DNA of 64,000 nucleotides from Minisyncoccota bacterium (lineage in GTDB: Bacteria > Patescibacteriota > Minisyncoccia > Phycocordibacterales > UBA2100): NCBI GenBank assembly GCA_035500505.1, contig DATJXE010000005.1:318-64317 (forward strand), in the 5' to 3' direction. Positions 1 to 9,273 of the stretch are shown piece by piece. Within the stretch, counting starts at the first letter, position 1. The number at the start of each line of letters is the position of its first letter. The notes beneath the pieces were generated by a model. It did not search any database, had not been told where the DNA came from, and saw only the letters and a list, made by a program, of their open reading frames with translations. The position numbers were made by a program, and so were the translations under genes.

Positions 1-1452
1 GAGCGTGTAGCCGAGCGATTCTATTTCCTTGCGCAGCTTGTCGGCGTTCGCCCAATCTTTTTCCTTGCGAGCGCCGTCGCGCGCGGAGAGAAGCGTTCGG
101 ATACGTTCCGGAATGGCGTCTTCTTCAACGAGCACGCCGAATTGTTTCATCCACAGCGCCTCCGCGACCGGGTCATCCTTGTCGAGTCCGAGGCCGAACA
201 AACGATCCGCATCCAAGATACCCGCTTTCAGGGTTTCTTTCGTAAGTTCCTCGTCGCGGAGCATTTCCCACATGGCAGCGAGGGCTCCGGACGTATCAAG
301 GTCGTCATTGGCGCGTTCATGCCAGCGTGCGCGATACATTTCTGGCGGCGTGCCGGCGCCTATATTCTTGAGTGAGTCGATAGAGCGGCGCAGTCTCAAG
401 AACGCGTTCTGCGCCGCCTCTAACGCTTCCCATGAGAAATTCGACGGCGAGCGGTAGTGCGCGTTGAGAAAAAGGTAGCGCAACGAAAGAGGGGAGTAGC
501 CACGTTCGATCACCTCGGAAAGGTACACGACATTGCCTTCGGACTTCGCTATCTTCGAACCTCCGATCTGCACGTGGGCGCGGTGTATCCAAAATCTCGA
601 CAACGGCTTTTTGCCGGTCGCGCTTTCCGATTGCGCTATCTCGTTGTTGTGATGGACCGGGATGTGCTCGATGCCGCCGGTGTGAATGTCTATCTGCTTG
701 CCGAGCGTCGCATTTATCATCGCCGAGCATTCGATGTGCCAGCCGGGAAAACCTTTGCCCCAGGGCGAATCCCAACCGAGTTTCGCATCTTTCTTCCAGA
801 GGACGAAATCGGTCGGATGATGCTTCTCTTCGCTCACCGCCACTCGCGCACCTTCTTTGAGGCCTTCGAGATCGACACCGCCCAGCTCTCCATAGGCAGG
901 GAAGCGGGAAGTGTCGAAATACACGGCTTCTTTGCCTTCGTAGGCGTAGCCTTTCTCGAGAAGCGTTTGCACAAGCGCTATTTCGGCCTTGATGTAGGCG
1001 CTTGCGCGGGGGAATTCGACACGGGATGTATCCACATTGAGCGCGCGCAAGTCCTCGAGGAATACTGCCGTGTATTTCTCGCCGAGCTTGAGCATGTTCT
1101 CCATGGTCACGGCCATTTTTTCCTGCCGGAGGCCCTTGGTCATTTTGTCCTCGCCCTCGTCCGCATCGGAGGAAAGATGCCCGAAATCGGTTATGTTGAT
1201 GACCTGCTTCACCTCGAAGCCGTTGTACTCGAGCACACGCCGGAGGGTGTCGGCGAAGACGAACATCGAGAGATTGCCGATGTGCTGCCGCGCGTACACC
1301 GTCGGCCCGCAGTTGTACATGCGGACCGTATGCGCCCGAGCGGGCATCGTGAACTCCTGCTTCGCGCCGCCCAGCGTGTTGAAGAAATAGAGCGGGCGGG
1401 CGTTGCGCGCGGACGAAGAGATGCGGCCAAAGAAACGCTTGAACGGCCACAT
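1..1452 (-). CDS. cysS: cysteinyl-tRNA synthetase; the C-terminal last few residues lie beyond the window start
   Basis: Manual minus-strand translation from the ATG at 1452..1450 gives MWPF...MYNCGPTVYARQHIGN (HIGH-like), GFPGWHIECSAM, HTGGIEHIPVHHNNEIAQSE and KIAKSEGN (KMSKS-like). The frame is open to position 1, which explains its absence from the ORF track. The listed ORFs 317..1450(-) and 457..1476(+) are out-of-frame or antisense artefacts. Confidence 0.85.
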   Translation of the reverse strand, partial: MWPFKRFFGRISSSARNARPLYFFNTLGGAKQEFTMPARAHTVRMYNCGPTVYARQHIGNLSMFVFADTLRRVLEYNGFEVKQVINITDFGHLSSDADEGEDKMTKGLRQEKMAVTMENMLKLGEKYTAVFLEDLRALNVDTSRVEFPRASAYIKAEIALVQTLLEKGYAYEGKEAVYFDTSRFPAYGELGGVDLEGLKEGARVAVSEEKHHPTDFVLWKKDAKLGWDSPWGKGFPGWHIECSAMINATLGKQIDIHTGGIEHIPVHHNNEIAQSESATGKKPLSRFWIHRAHVQIGGSKIAKSEGNVVYLSEVIERGYSPLSLRYLFLNAHYRSPSNFSWEALEAAQNAFLRLRRSIDSLKNIGAGTPPEMYRARWHERANDDLDTSGALAAMWEMLRDEELTKETLKAGILDADRLFGLGLDKDDPVAEALWMKQFGVLVEEDAIPERIRTLLSARDGARKEKDWANADKLRKEIESLGYTL

Positions 1453-1453
1453 A

Positions 1454-2364
1454 TCAGAGCCACTCCTTACGCTTAAAGTACGCGAACATGCAGATCGACG
1501 CGATGATCATGCCGCCGACGATGATCCACCAATCGTAGGAGAGTCCCACGATGGGCGTGCTCTTGGTGTCCATGCTGAAGATGGCGGCGATGAGCGTCAA
1601 CGGAAAAGTCGTGAACGCGAGGATGGTGAAGCGCTTCATCGTCTCGTTCTGCTTGGTCGAGAGGAGGGAGTTGTTGGTCTCGCGCAGCTCGTGGAGGAAT
1701 TCGGTGTGGCGCATGACGTGGTTGTGGACCCGATAGTACTCGTTGGAGAGCGCGCGCAGGTAGGGGAGGAAGGGTTCGCCGAAGAACGCGGCGCCTTCTT
1801 CTTCGAGTGTGTGGAGGATCTCGCGGTGCGGTTCTATCGTCTGGCGCAGATTCAAGAGATCGCGCGCGCTTCTTGATATGGCCTCGACCATCCGTACCTC
1901 ATGCCCGGAAAAAATGTGTTCCTCGATGACGCCCAGATCGTGCTTCACGTACTCGACCTCGTGCTCGATGGAGCGGTACAGTTTTTTGAGCATGAAAAAG
2001 AACATGAAGCCCGCGTGGTCGCCGATGTTGCTTTCGGCGAGGACGGAATTCACTTCGAGCACTTTCGAGAACTTGTGGAGCGGGTCGACGGTGTCGTAGC
2101 GGGTCGTGATGATGAAGCGTTTCCCAACGATGAAATCGATCTCCTGTTCGTGGGTTTTGTGTGAGTGATAGAGAGCCGGAAAGTGCATGACGATGTAAGC
2201 GTATGCCGGGTGGAATTCGGCGCGCGGCTTCGTTACCGGCAAGAGTAGTTCTTCCGCGACCAATGACTCCAATTGGAATTCCTCGGCTATCGCGCGTATC
2301 TCGTCGCGCGACGGCGACTCAAGGTCAACCCAGATGAGGCCGCCATGCTCGTAGCGGGATTGCA
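1454..2364 (-). CDS. corA: CorA-family divalent cation transporter (GMN motif replaced by FSMD)
   Basis: ORF 1454..2611 trimmed to Met MQSRYEHGGLIWVDL at 2364. It has the CorA-like soluble N-terminal domain and two C-terminal TM helices (TFPLTLIAAIFSMD...). It is divergent from ctpA, whose ORF frame begins at 2364. Confidence 0.65.
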
Positions 2365-2414
2365 TGGGGAAAGTATACCATGTGCTCTCGCATATATGGC
2401 TCTCCTGTGCGATA

Positions 2415-3704
2415 ATGCCGCGAATGAACGACAACACGCATACCTTCAGACACATTGTCGTGCTTGCCGGGTGCGGCATCTTCTTGGTCCTTGTCGGATT
2501 CGGCGCGGGCTTTTTCGTTGAGCAAGAACGCACGACGAGCGGCGCTATCGCGGATGCACAAGAACCGCAGGGCGTCGATTTCTCGCCCGTGTGGAAAGCC
2601 TGGCACCTCATCGAACAAGACTACGTTCCGGTGGCTGTCGCCTCATCGACCCCTATAGCGACCTCTTCGCCGGATGTCGCCCAGCAGGAAGTGTGGGGCA
2701 TGATAACGGGACTTGCTGATTCCTTGAACGATCCTTATACCTACTTCTTGCCTCCGACGGAGAATCAGCAGTTCTCTTCGGACATGAGCGGCACGTTCGA
2801 CGGCGTCGGCATGGAAGTAGACGTCAAGAATGGCCAGCTTGTCGTCATCTCGCCGCTCAAAGGAACCCCTGCGGACAAGGCTGGCATCAAAGCGGGCGAC
2901 TTCATTCTTTCGATAGACGGCACTTCGACCGTCGACATGGACGTGACGACCGCCGTACAAGACATTCGCGGCCCCAAGGGCACGCAGGTGACGCTTACGA
3001 TACAGCGCTCCGGCTGGAGCGCTCCGCGCGACATCAAGGTGACACGCGACACGATAAGCGTACCTGAAGTCGAGGTTACCGCGCGTCCCGATGGCATTTT
3101 CGTTATCTCAATTGCGGAATTTACCGCCAACTCGCCGGACCTGTTCCGCACCGCGCTGCGCAAGTTCGTCGAAAGCGGCGACACGAAGCTCGTGCTTGAT
3201 CTGCGTGGGAACCCGGGCGGTTACCTCGACGCGGCGGTTGATGTGGCAAGCTACTTCCTTCCTGCAAGCGACACGATAGTCACGGAAGACTACGACGGCC
3301 ACCAAGGGAATATCGTGCACAAATCCTATGGATATGATGTCTTCGACAGTAACTTGAAGATGGTAGTGCTCGTGGACAAGGGCTCGGCCTCGGCCGCAGA
3401 GATCCTCGCAGATGCGCTGCGGTACTGGGGTGTGGCGCAGCTCGTGGGCACCAACACCTACGGCAAGGGTTCCGTCCAGGAACTCCTTCCGATAACCTCT
3501 GACACGAACCTGAAGATAACGGTCGCGCGCTGGCTCGGCCCCGGCGGCAGCCCGATCCCGACCTCGGGCATCGTTCCCGACGTTGAAGTCAACCTGACCG
3601 ATGCCGACATCTCGGCCGGGAACGACGCACAAATGAAAAAAGCAGTCCAGCTACTCGGCGGCGATCCGAATGCTGCGACGAGCACGCCCGAGGCCGTGCA
3701 GTAG
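2415..3704 (+). CDS. ctpA: S41 carboxy-terminal processing peptidase with PDZ domain
   Basis: ORF 2364..3704. TM/signal at the N-terminus. PDZ region GIKAGDFILSIDG. S41 catalytic region VLVDKGSASAAEILADAL. Confidence 0.8.
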   Translation: MPRMNDNTHTFRHIVVLAGCGIFLVLVGFGAGFFVEQERTTSGAIADAQEPQGVDFSPVWKAWHLIEQDYVPVAVASSTPIATSSPDVAQQEVWGMITGLADSLNDPYTYFLPPTENQQFSSDMSGTFDGVGMEVDVKNGQLVVISPLKGTPADKAGIKAGDFILSIDGTSTVDMDVTTAVQDIRGPKGTQVTLTIQRSGWSAPRDIKVTRDTISVPEVEVTARPDGIFVISIAEFTANSPDLFRTALRKFVESGDTKLVLDLRGNPGGYLDAAVDVASYFLPASDTIVTEDYDGHQGNIVHKSYGYDVFDSNLKMVVLVDKGSASAAEILADALRYWGVAQLVGTNTYGKGSVQELLPITSDTNLKITVARWLGPGGSPIPTSGIVPDVEVNLTDADISAGNDAQMKKAVQLLGGDPNAATSTPEAVQ

Positions 3705-3705
3705 T

Positions 3706-4152
3706 ATGAAAGTCATTCTGCTCAAGGACGTGGGCGGGGTAGGGCAGCGCGGGCAGGTAAAGGACATTGCCGACGGCTACGCGCTCAACTACCTCATTCC
3801 CTCCGGCGCAGCCGCGCAGGCGACCCCCGAGAAGGTCGCGGCGCACGAAGCGGCCCAGAAAAAAGAAGGGGAGCTCAAGGAAGCACAGCAGCAAGAGCTC
3901 ACCGAGAAAGTGAACAGCCTCGAAGGTGGGCGCATCGAGATATCTGCGCGCGCCACGGAAAAAGGCGGGCTCTTTAAGTCACTCGGCGTCGCTGATATCC
4001 AAAAATCAATTCAGGTTCAAAAAAATATAGATATCCCCGCATCCGCTATTGGGCTGGAGAAACCCATCAAGGAGTTGGGGGAGCATGTGGTGCAACTAAA
4101 AACGCCGGGCGCGCAGGCCCGGCTCACGGTAGTCGTCAAAGAGTCGGACTAA
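3706..4152 (+). CDS. rplI: 50S ribosomal protein L9
   Basis: [32 protein letters not shown] is the typical L9 N-terminus. 149 aa. Confidence 0.85.
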   Translation: MKVILLKDVGGVGQRGQVKDIADGYALNYLIPSGAAAQATPEKVAAHEAAQKKEGELKEAQQQELTEKVNSLEGGRIEISARATEKGGLFKSLGVADIQKSIQVQKNIDIPASAIGLEKPIKELGEHVVQLKTPGAQARLTVVVKESD

Positions 4153-4421
4153 ACCACTTCGACGAGGCGTCGGGTGGAAGAGCGGCCATCGAAATCCTTT
4201 TTGCGTACGTTGCGGAAGCGCACGACGCCTTCGGCGAGCGCGAAGAGCGTGTGGTCCTTGCCGACGCCGATCCTGCGGCCCGGCAATATTTTGGTACCGC
4301 GCTGGCGCACGATGATCTCTCCGATAGCGACTTTCTGCCCGTCGCCGCGCTTGACGCCGAGGTACTTCGGATTCGAATCTCGTAGGTTGCGCGCTGTTCC
4401 GCCTGCTTTGGTATGTGCCAT
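4149..4421 (-). CDS. rpmA: 50S ribosomal protein L27
   Basis: [31 protein letters not shown] is the classic L27 start. It converges on rplI with a 4-nt stop-codon overlap. Confidence 0.9.
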   Translation of the reverse strand: MAHTKAGGTARNLRDSNPKYLGVKRGDGQKVAIGEIIVRQRGTKILPGRRIGVGKDHTLFALAEGVVRFRNVRKKDFDGRSSTRRLVEVV

Positions 4422-4438
4422 AGAGGTATGCTGTACTG

Positions 4439-4804
4439 GTGAACGGGGTCACTATACAGGCTTTTTTGGCCCACTGCAAGGGCCTTTTGGAGGACGGGGT
4501 AGGGCAGTGGGGGCTGGTTTTGCTCGTATTTCTGGTGGGAATAGGGGCATATGGCCTTGGGCGGCTTTCGGCGCTTGAAGAGGTAAAACCGCCCGTCTCG
4601 GTAGCCCAGGCTCCGCAGGAGGCGGACATTCCCGCGCTTCCGCCCGGCGGTTTCGTCGTCGCTTCGCGCACGGGTTCCGTGTACTACCTACCATGGTGCT
4701 CGGGCGCGCAGAAGATCGCAGCAGGGAATCAGGTGTGGTTCGGGAGCGAAGCGGCCGCGCAAAAGGCCGGCTACGCGCCTTCGAAAACCTGCAAAGGACT
4801 CTAG
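4439..4804 (+). CDS. membrane-anchored protein with a C-terminal domain resembling the Ada N-terminal metal-binding fold
   Basis: One TM ([17 protein letters not shown]). The C-terminus [47 protein letters not shown] aligns by eye with E. coli Ada N-terminus FVFAVRTTGIFCRPSCRARHALRENVSFYANASEALAAGFRPCKRC. Only 2 of 4 Cys ligands are retained. Confidence 0.45.
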   Translation: MNGVTIQAFLAHCKGLLEDGVGQWGLVLLVFLVGIGAYGLGRLSALEEVKPPVSVAQAPQEADIPALPPGGFVVASRTGSVYYLPWCSGAQKIAAGNQVWFGSEAAAQKAGYAPSKTCKGL

Positions 4805-4812
4805 TCGCCGCT

Positions 4813-5442
4813 ATGGCGACCCGCCGTGAAGGCGGGTACAATAGCCCCATGCTGGTCGTCGACGTCGAAGCTTCCGGGGTGGAGCCGTGGAAACACTCCA
4901 TCGTCTCTCTCGGCGCGCTCGACCTATCGAATCCGAGCAACCGTTTCTACGAGGAATGCCGCGTGTGGGACGGCGCGCACATCATGGACGAGGCGCTGCA
5001 GGTCAATGGCTTCACCAAAGAGCAAATAATGGACAAAAAGAAGCAAAGTGAGGCGGATCTCATCCATGCGTTTTTGCATTGGAGCGAAGGGGTGGAGGAG
5101 CGCACGCTCGCGGGCCAGAATGTTTCGTTCGACAGAGATTTTCTCCGCCACGCGGCGGAACGAGCCGGTCACACCGACTGGCCGTTTGCCTACCGCACAC
5201 TCGACACGCACACGATGGCCTACATGCACATGATAGAAAGGGGACTGCAGCCGCCGGTCAAACACCGCCGGAGCGCTCTCGATCTCGACGCCGTTCTCAA
5301 CTATTGCGGCATCCCCGAAGAACCAACACCCCACAACGCCCTCACCGGCGCACTCTCGCACGCTGAAGTTATTTCGCGCCTCCTATTCCATCGAAAACTT
5401 TTGCCTGAGTTCACGCAGTTCGATATTCCCTGGAAGAAGTAA
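4813..5442 (+). CDS. DEDDh-family 3'-5' exonuclease (DnaQ-like); alternative start at 4849
   Basis: MLVVDVEASGVEP...SLGALDL (Exo I DxE), FTKEQ..., FDRDFL (Exo II), HNALTGALSHAEV (Exo III with His). Confidence 0.7.
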   Translation: MATRREGGYNSPMLVVDVEASGVEPWKHSIVSLGALDLSNPSNRFYEECRVWDGAHIMDEALQVNGFTKEQIMDKKKQSEADLIHAFLHWSEGVEERTLAGQNVSFDRDFLRHAAERAGHTDWPFAYRTLDTHTMAYMHMIERGLQPPVKHRRSALDLDAVLNYCGIPEEPTPHNALTGALSHAEVISRLLFHRKLLPEFTQFDIPWKK

Positions 5443-5540
5443 AAAAGAGGTAACTGACAAACGAAACGTTCTGTTGTGCTAAAAGCGACATCAAGTATTG
5501 CGCCGTGAAGGGGAGGGGATTTGGAGGCGACCCAGATCAC

Positions 5541-5711
5541 TCAAAAGACCGTGACGTCGTTGAATGCAAAAGCCATCAACACGATGGTCAAGCCGTTCAA
5601 GACTATCAATACCAAGACGTTTTGCCAGCGCTGGGGCAGGGGATTTCTCAAGATGTAGATCGTGTAGATAATCGCAACGATCGCCGCGCCGATGAAGTTT
5701 CCTCGTATCAT
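5541..5711 (-). CDS. possible 56-aa two-helix membrane peptide
   Basis: Manual translation gives MIRGNFIGAAIVAIIYTIYILRNPLPQRWQNVLVLIVLNGLTIVLMAFAFNDVTVF*. It is below the ORF-track length cutoff. Confidence 0.25.
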   Translation of the reverse strand: MIRGNFIGAAIVAIIYTIYILRNPLPQRWQNVLVLIVLNGLTIVLMAFAFNDVTVF

Positions 5712-5772
5712 CGGCTCATTGTATCACGCCTCTCGTAAAGTCGTAGGGTCCGGAAGTGCTATACTAGGAGAT

Positions 5773-5955
5773 ATGAACAAACGACCGCTTTATGTGTACG
5801 TAATTGGGGTTGCCGTTGTGTGGGCAGCGATTCTCATTGCCTCATGGTCTGGAATCATCTGGACACCCTTCAGTTCGGTTGTCGCAGTGTGTGCAGGCTT
5901 TTCCCTCGGGATGCTCGCGATGTATATCGCGGTTCACATCTACCGGTGGAAATAA
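5773..5955 (+). CDS. possible small membrane protein (60 aa, 2 TM)
   Basis: Internal Met of ORF 5692..5955: MNKRPLYVYVIGVAVVWAAILIASWSG...LGMLAMYIAVHIYRWK. Confidence 0.3.
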   Translation: MNKRPLYVYVIGVAVVWAAILIASWSGIIWTPFSSVVAVCAGFSLGMLAMYIAVHIYRWK

Positions 5956-5980
5956 CTTTTCCGCCGATAACATAAGAAGA

Positions 5981-5989
5981 GGGGGGGGG
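5981..5989. repeat. G9 homopolymer tract in an AT-rich intergenic island
   Basis: gaaga-ggggggggg-ttac read directly from the sequence. It lies inside the low-GC segment 5956..6328. Confidence 0.9.
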
Positions 5990-6268
5990 TTACTTCTCGG
6001 TCATCCTTGCTGCCTGTAGCTATAGGGGAAACTATATTAATAACTTCGCACAATATATCTTTTGCGAAGTATATACTTCGGCAAAGGGGTGCTCATGCCC
6101 CTTGAGGAGTGCTTGTAACACGCGATCGGATATTTGATGAAAGCTCGTGGATTCTCCATCGCTACTGTTCCGATGATATTCGCGAGTATTCTCATTACGA
6201 GGGCAATTCTGTTCGGTACCTCATGAGAAATAGGATGGGCTTTGTGTATAGTTCCCTACTCAATGAGC

Positions 6269-6297
6269 TTGACTATACATGGTTTTAGTTTTAAAAT
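6269..6297 (+). promoter_or_regulatory. sigma70-like promoter: TTGACT, 17-nt spacer, TAAAAT
   Basis: -35 at 6269..6274 and -10 at 6292..6297. It sits 32 nt upstream of the ATG at 6329, with a GGGGA Shine-Dalgarno before the start. Confidence 0.45.
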
Positions 6298-6328
6298 ACA
6301 AGGCAGCTAATAACATAGCGGGGATACA

Positions 6329-6916
6329 ATGAACTTCATGTACGACTACCACGCGATGCTCGGCGCGCTTGCGTTGGTCGTCGGCGTGGCGGGATACGTG
6401 CCTTACATCAGGGACACCCTGAAAGGTAGCACGAAGCCTCATCCATTCACCTACGGCATTTGGGCGTTCGTGGGGGCGATCTCATTCGTAGCACAGATCC
6501 TGAATAACGCCGGGCCAGGCGCCTGGGTATCGGGAATCCCGGTCCTGTTCGGCATCATCGTCGCGATTCTTTCCGTAAGAAAGGGCGAACCTCCCACCAA
6601 GCGCGACTTGAAGTTTCTAGCGGGGGCGCTTGCTGCGATCGTCATTTGGCGGCTCACGGACGACGCGCTGTACGCGGTATTGATCGTAATCGTGATCAAC
6701 GTGTTTGCCGTTATTCCGACGTTCCGAAAAGCCTACGGGAAACCCGATGAAGAAACCGCCTTATCGTACTCGCTCGGCGCATTGAGGAGTGTCATTTCGA
6801 TTCCGGCGCTCCTCAGTTTCAACGCAGTGACGCTCCTGCCTCCCATCTGCAACATAGTGTCAAATGTGGCACTCGTCTCAATGTTGCTGATCCGCAGGAA
6901 AAGTCTGAGGCGGTAA
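6329..6916 (+). CDS. polytopic integral membrane protein, function unknown
   Basis: 195 aa with about 6 hydrophobic helices. Preceded by a promoter/SD and followed by a terminator. Confidence 0.6.
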   Translation: MNFMYDYHAMLGALALVVGVAGYVPYIRDTLKGSTKPHPFTYGIWAFVGAISFVAQILNNAGPGAWVSGIPVLFGIIVAILSVRKGEPPTKRDLKFLAGALAAIVIWRLTDDALYAVLIVIVINVFAVIPTFRKAYGKPDEETALSYSLGALRSVISIPALLSFNAVTLLPPICNIVSNVALVSMLLIRRKSLRR

Positions 6917-6940
6917 GGAAACGTCCCTATACGAAATCTC

Positions 6941-6978
6941 CCGGCAGAGCCGCAACGCTCTGCCGGAATTTCTTTATG
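6941..6978 (+). terminator. rho-independent terminator
   Basis: CCGGCAGAGC-cgcaac-GCTCTGCCGG (10-bp stem) followed by AATTTCTTTAT. Confidence 0.6.
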
Positions 6979-7251
6979 TATTACGTGTATTAGTCCTGTA
7001 AAACGTGGTGTCTTTTCGAGGCGCCTTTATGTATGGGGTTGCTCGTTGGCTCAAACGCGGAGTGTGACTATGTACATACAGACGGTTGACCTACCGTAAT
7101 TCTTGGAACACTATGCATACAGGTCACGCATCTTGGCCTGAGGTTATAAAACCACCTCAATAGAGTTCTCCTTCTGACAATGATGCCTCCCTGGGGCCCC
7201 GGAACCGTGATGCGACGGTTTTCGGGGCCCAACTCTTTGTATAATCGATAC

Positions 7252-7902
7252 ATGTACTGGAAAAGGCTCAACGCTCTCCTGTCCCCTGCCGAAAAGCGGA
7301 TTTTTGAGAGGTTGGATAGCCCAGAGAAGATACAGGACTATCTGGATCCTCTAGGGGTCAATTTTGAGATGTCTGGAGAGACCTACATGTCTCCCAGGCG
7401 GGTTTTAAAGGCCAAAAAGGCCCATTGCTTCGAGGGGGCGCTCCTTGCGGCCGCGATACTGGCTTACCACGGCCAAAAGCCCCTTTTGCTCGATTTTAGG
7501 ACGATTCCCGCCGAGGACGACCATGTTGTCGCACTATTCTATCGGAATGGCCGCTGGGGCGCGATAAGCAAGACCAATCACTACATGCTGCGGTATCGCG
7601 ACGCCGTGTACGAGAGCGTCCGCGAGCTCGCGATGTCGTATTTCCATGAGTATTTTTTGAGGACCGGAAAGAAGTCTATGCTCGCGTATTCCGCACCGTT
7701 CGATCTTTCCACATACGCTCCCGAGCGCTGGGTCGTTGCCGAAAAAGACCTCGACTGGCTTGCCGAGGCTATCGACAACTCAAAGCACTTCCCTATCGCG
7801 CCGAAAAAAAACATGCGGCGTTTGCGAAAAGCGTCAGATGTGGAACAGAAAGCACTCAAAGTCCACGGACAAAAGCCGCCCAAAGGATACAAGGAGAGTT
7901 GA
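7252..7902 (+). CDS. papain/transglutaminase-like cysteine peptidase-fold protein (Cys-His-Asp order)
   Basis: ORF 7180..7902. KKAHCFEGALLAAAIL places Cys at a helix N-terminus, then DDHVVALFYRNGRWGAISKTNH and a later Asp. Local GC looks lower than the flanks. Confidence 0.45.
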   Translation: MYWKRLNALLSPAEKRIFERLDSPEKIQDYLDPLGVNFEMSGETYMSPRRVLKAKKAHCFEGALLAAAILAYHGQKPLLLDFRTIPAEDDHVVALFYRNGRWGAISKTNHYMLRYRDAVYESVRELAMSYFHEYFLRTGKKSMLAYSAPFDLSTYAPERWVVAEKDLDWLAEAIDNSKHFPIAPKKNMRRLRKASDVEQKALKVHGQKPPKGYKES

Positions 7903-9273
7903 TCATTGCGTGTCGTCAATGAAATTGGTCGCTGGCAGGTAGTTCAAGGGGTTCAGGTAGCCCGAGACTGGCGGCACCGGCATGGTCGCCTTGGAGCACG
8001 GCGCGGTCCCCTTTGTCGCTTGACCCAGTTGGATTATCTGCGTCACTGAGGAAACGTACACGCCGAAGTGCAGGTGAGGTCCCGTCGCGTAACCCGTTTC
8101 GCCGCTGAACCCGATAACGTCCCCTGTCGAAACTTGTTGTCCTTGCGTCACGCTTATCTGCGAGAGGTGCGCGTACATCGTATTGAGGCCATTGTTGTGC
8201 TCGATCATGACCCACTTGCCGAAGCTGTAGCAGCCTTTGACGAGGTCAGTGTTGCCGGTCGCGAGGATGGTGCCCGAGAGCGCAGCATGCACGGGTGTCC
8301 CGATGGGGGCCGCGATGTCGAGGCCGTTGTGTCCGTTGCCGCTGTAAAGAGCTTCGTGCGCGTTGGCAAAGGGCGTGTTGCCGAAATACTGCGTGATGCG
8401 GAGGGTGCCGTATATCGGCCACTGCAAAATGCCAGGCGTCGGGGCGAGGATCTGGTTCGGGTTCACCGCCTGGTTGTATTGCGCCTTAAGGTTCGTCAGT
8501 TCTTCCTGCAACTCCTGTTGCTGCGCCTTTTTCTGCGCGATGATGGATTGGTAGGTGGCTTCTTGTGATTTGGTTTGGGCCAGGAGCTGGCTCTGTGCGT
8601 TTTTTGTTGCCGAGAGCGAGCCTTGCTGTGTAAGAAGGGTCTGCTGTTGCGCCTTGAGTTGCGCGTTTTTCTGCTCTTGTGCGGTCTTCTTGTCGTTCAG
8701 CGATTGTTTGTGAGCAGAAAGATTCTGGATGTCGACGCCGACGGCAGCGTTCAGCGTTTCGATGTCGTGCACGTCCTGCCACGCATCCGAAAGACCGTTG
8801 GAAGACAACAAGGTTATCGAGAGTGGCTGGACCTCCGCCTCGTCGAGTTCTCGAAGCGCCTGCGCGAGCCCTCGCTGTTCGTCCGCTATCGAACTTTGGT
8901 CGCTCGCGATACCGTCGGAGAGCTGTTGTATCTGCAGTTGCGTCGTATTTATCTGCGTTTTCGTCAGGTTGATAGAGGCGGTCGTCTTTTTGATGGAAGT
9001 ATTGAGCTGCGAGATCGTGTTCTGCAGCGTCTGGCTTTTTTTCGAAGCCGCGTCGAGCTCGGTCTGGTATTGGGCGATTTCGGTATTGAGCTGGTTTATT
9101 TGCGCGTTGTTGGAGTCTATTTTGGCCTGGATGTCGGACGGGCTTGCGGGCGTCGTTTGCGCGAATGCGATGCCGGTCGCCGCCGCGAAGAGCGCCGCAG
9201 CGAGAACAAAACGCGTGCTTCTCGCGATGCGTCGTTGCGTTCCGGTTTTGTACGTCATGGGCTCCAACGTCAT
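7903..9273 (-). CDS. M23 peptidase with N-terminal coiled coil (EnvC/NlpD-like)
   Basis: Signal/TM then a long Q-rich coiled coil. The C-terminus GNGHNGLDIAAPIGTPVHAA...GYATGPHLHFGVY is the M23 LytM signature (HxxxD, HxH). Confidence 0.8.
   Translation of the reverse strand: MTLEPMTYKTGTQRRIARSTRFVLAAALFAAATGIAFAQTTPASPSDIQAKIDSNNAQINQLNTEIAQYQTELDAASKKSQTLQNTISQLNTSIKKTTASINLTKTQINTTQLQIQQLSDGIASDQSSIADEQRGLAQALRELDEAEVQPLSITLLSSNGLSDAWQDVHDIETLNAAVGVDIQNLSAHKQSLNDKKTAQEQKNAQLKAQQQTLLTQQGSLSATKNAQSQLLAQTKSQEATYQSIIAQKKAQQQELQEELTNLKAQYNQAVNPNQILAPTPGILQWPIYGTLRITQYFGNTPFANAHEALYSGNGHNGLDIAAPIGTPVHAALSGTILATGNTDLVKGCYSFGKWVMIEHNNGLNTMYAHLSQISVTQGQQVSTGDVIGFSGETGYATGPHLHFGVYVSSVTQIIQLGQATKGTAPCSKATMPVPPVSGYLNPLNYLPATNFIDDTQ

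Noticed and set aside
317-1476. ORFs 317..1450(-), 457..1476(+) and 1037..1390(+)
   Set aside because: Arg/Ala-rich translations with no recognisable motifs. They overlap the clearly real cysS frame, which shows HIGH, KMSKS and GxPGWHIECS. They are GC-rich alternative-frame artefacts.
5505-5738. ORF 5505..5738(+) and ORF 5301..5540(-)
   Set aside because: Hydrophilic, motif-less translations. The opposite-strand 56-aa two-TM peptide (5541..5711) is a more plausible, though still weak, reading of this spacer.
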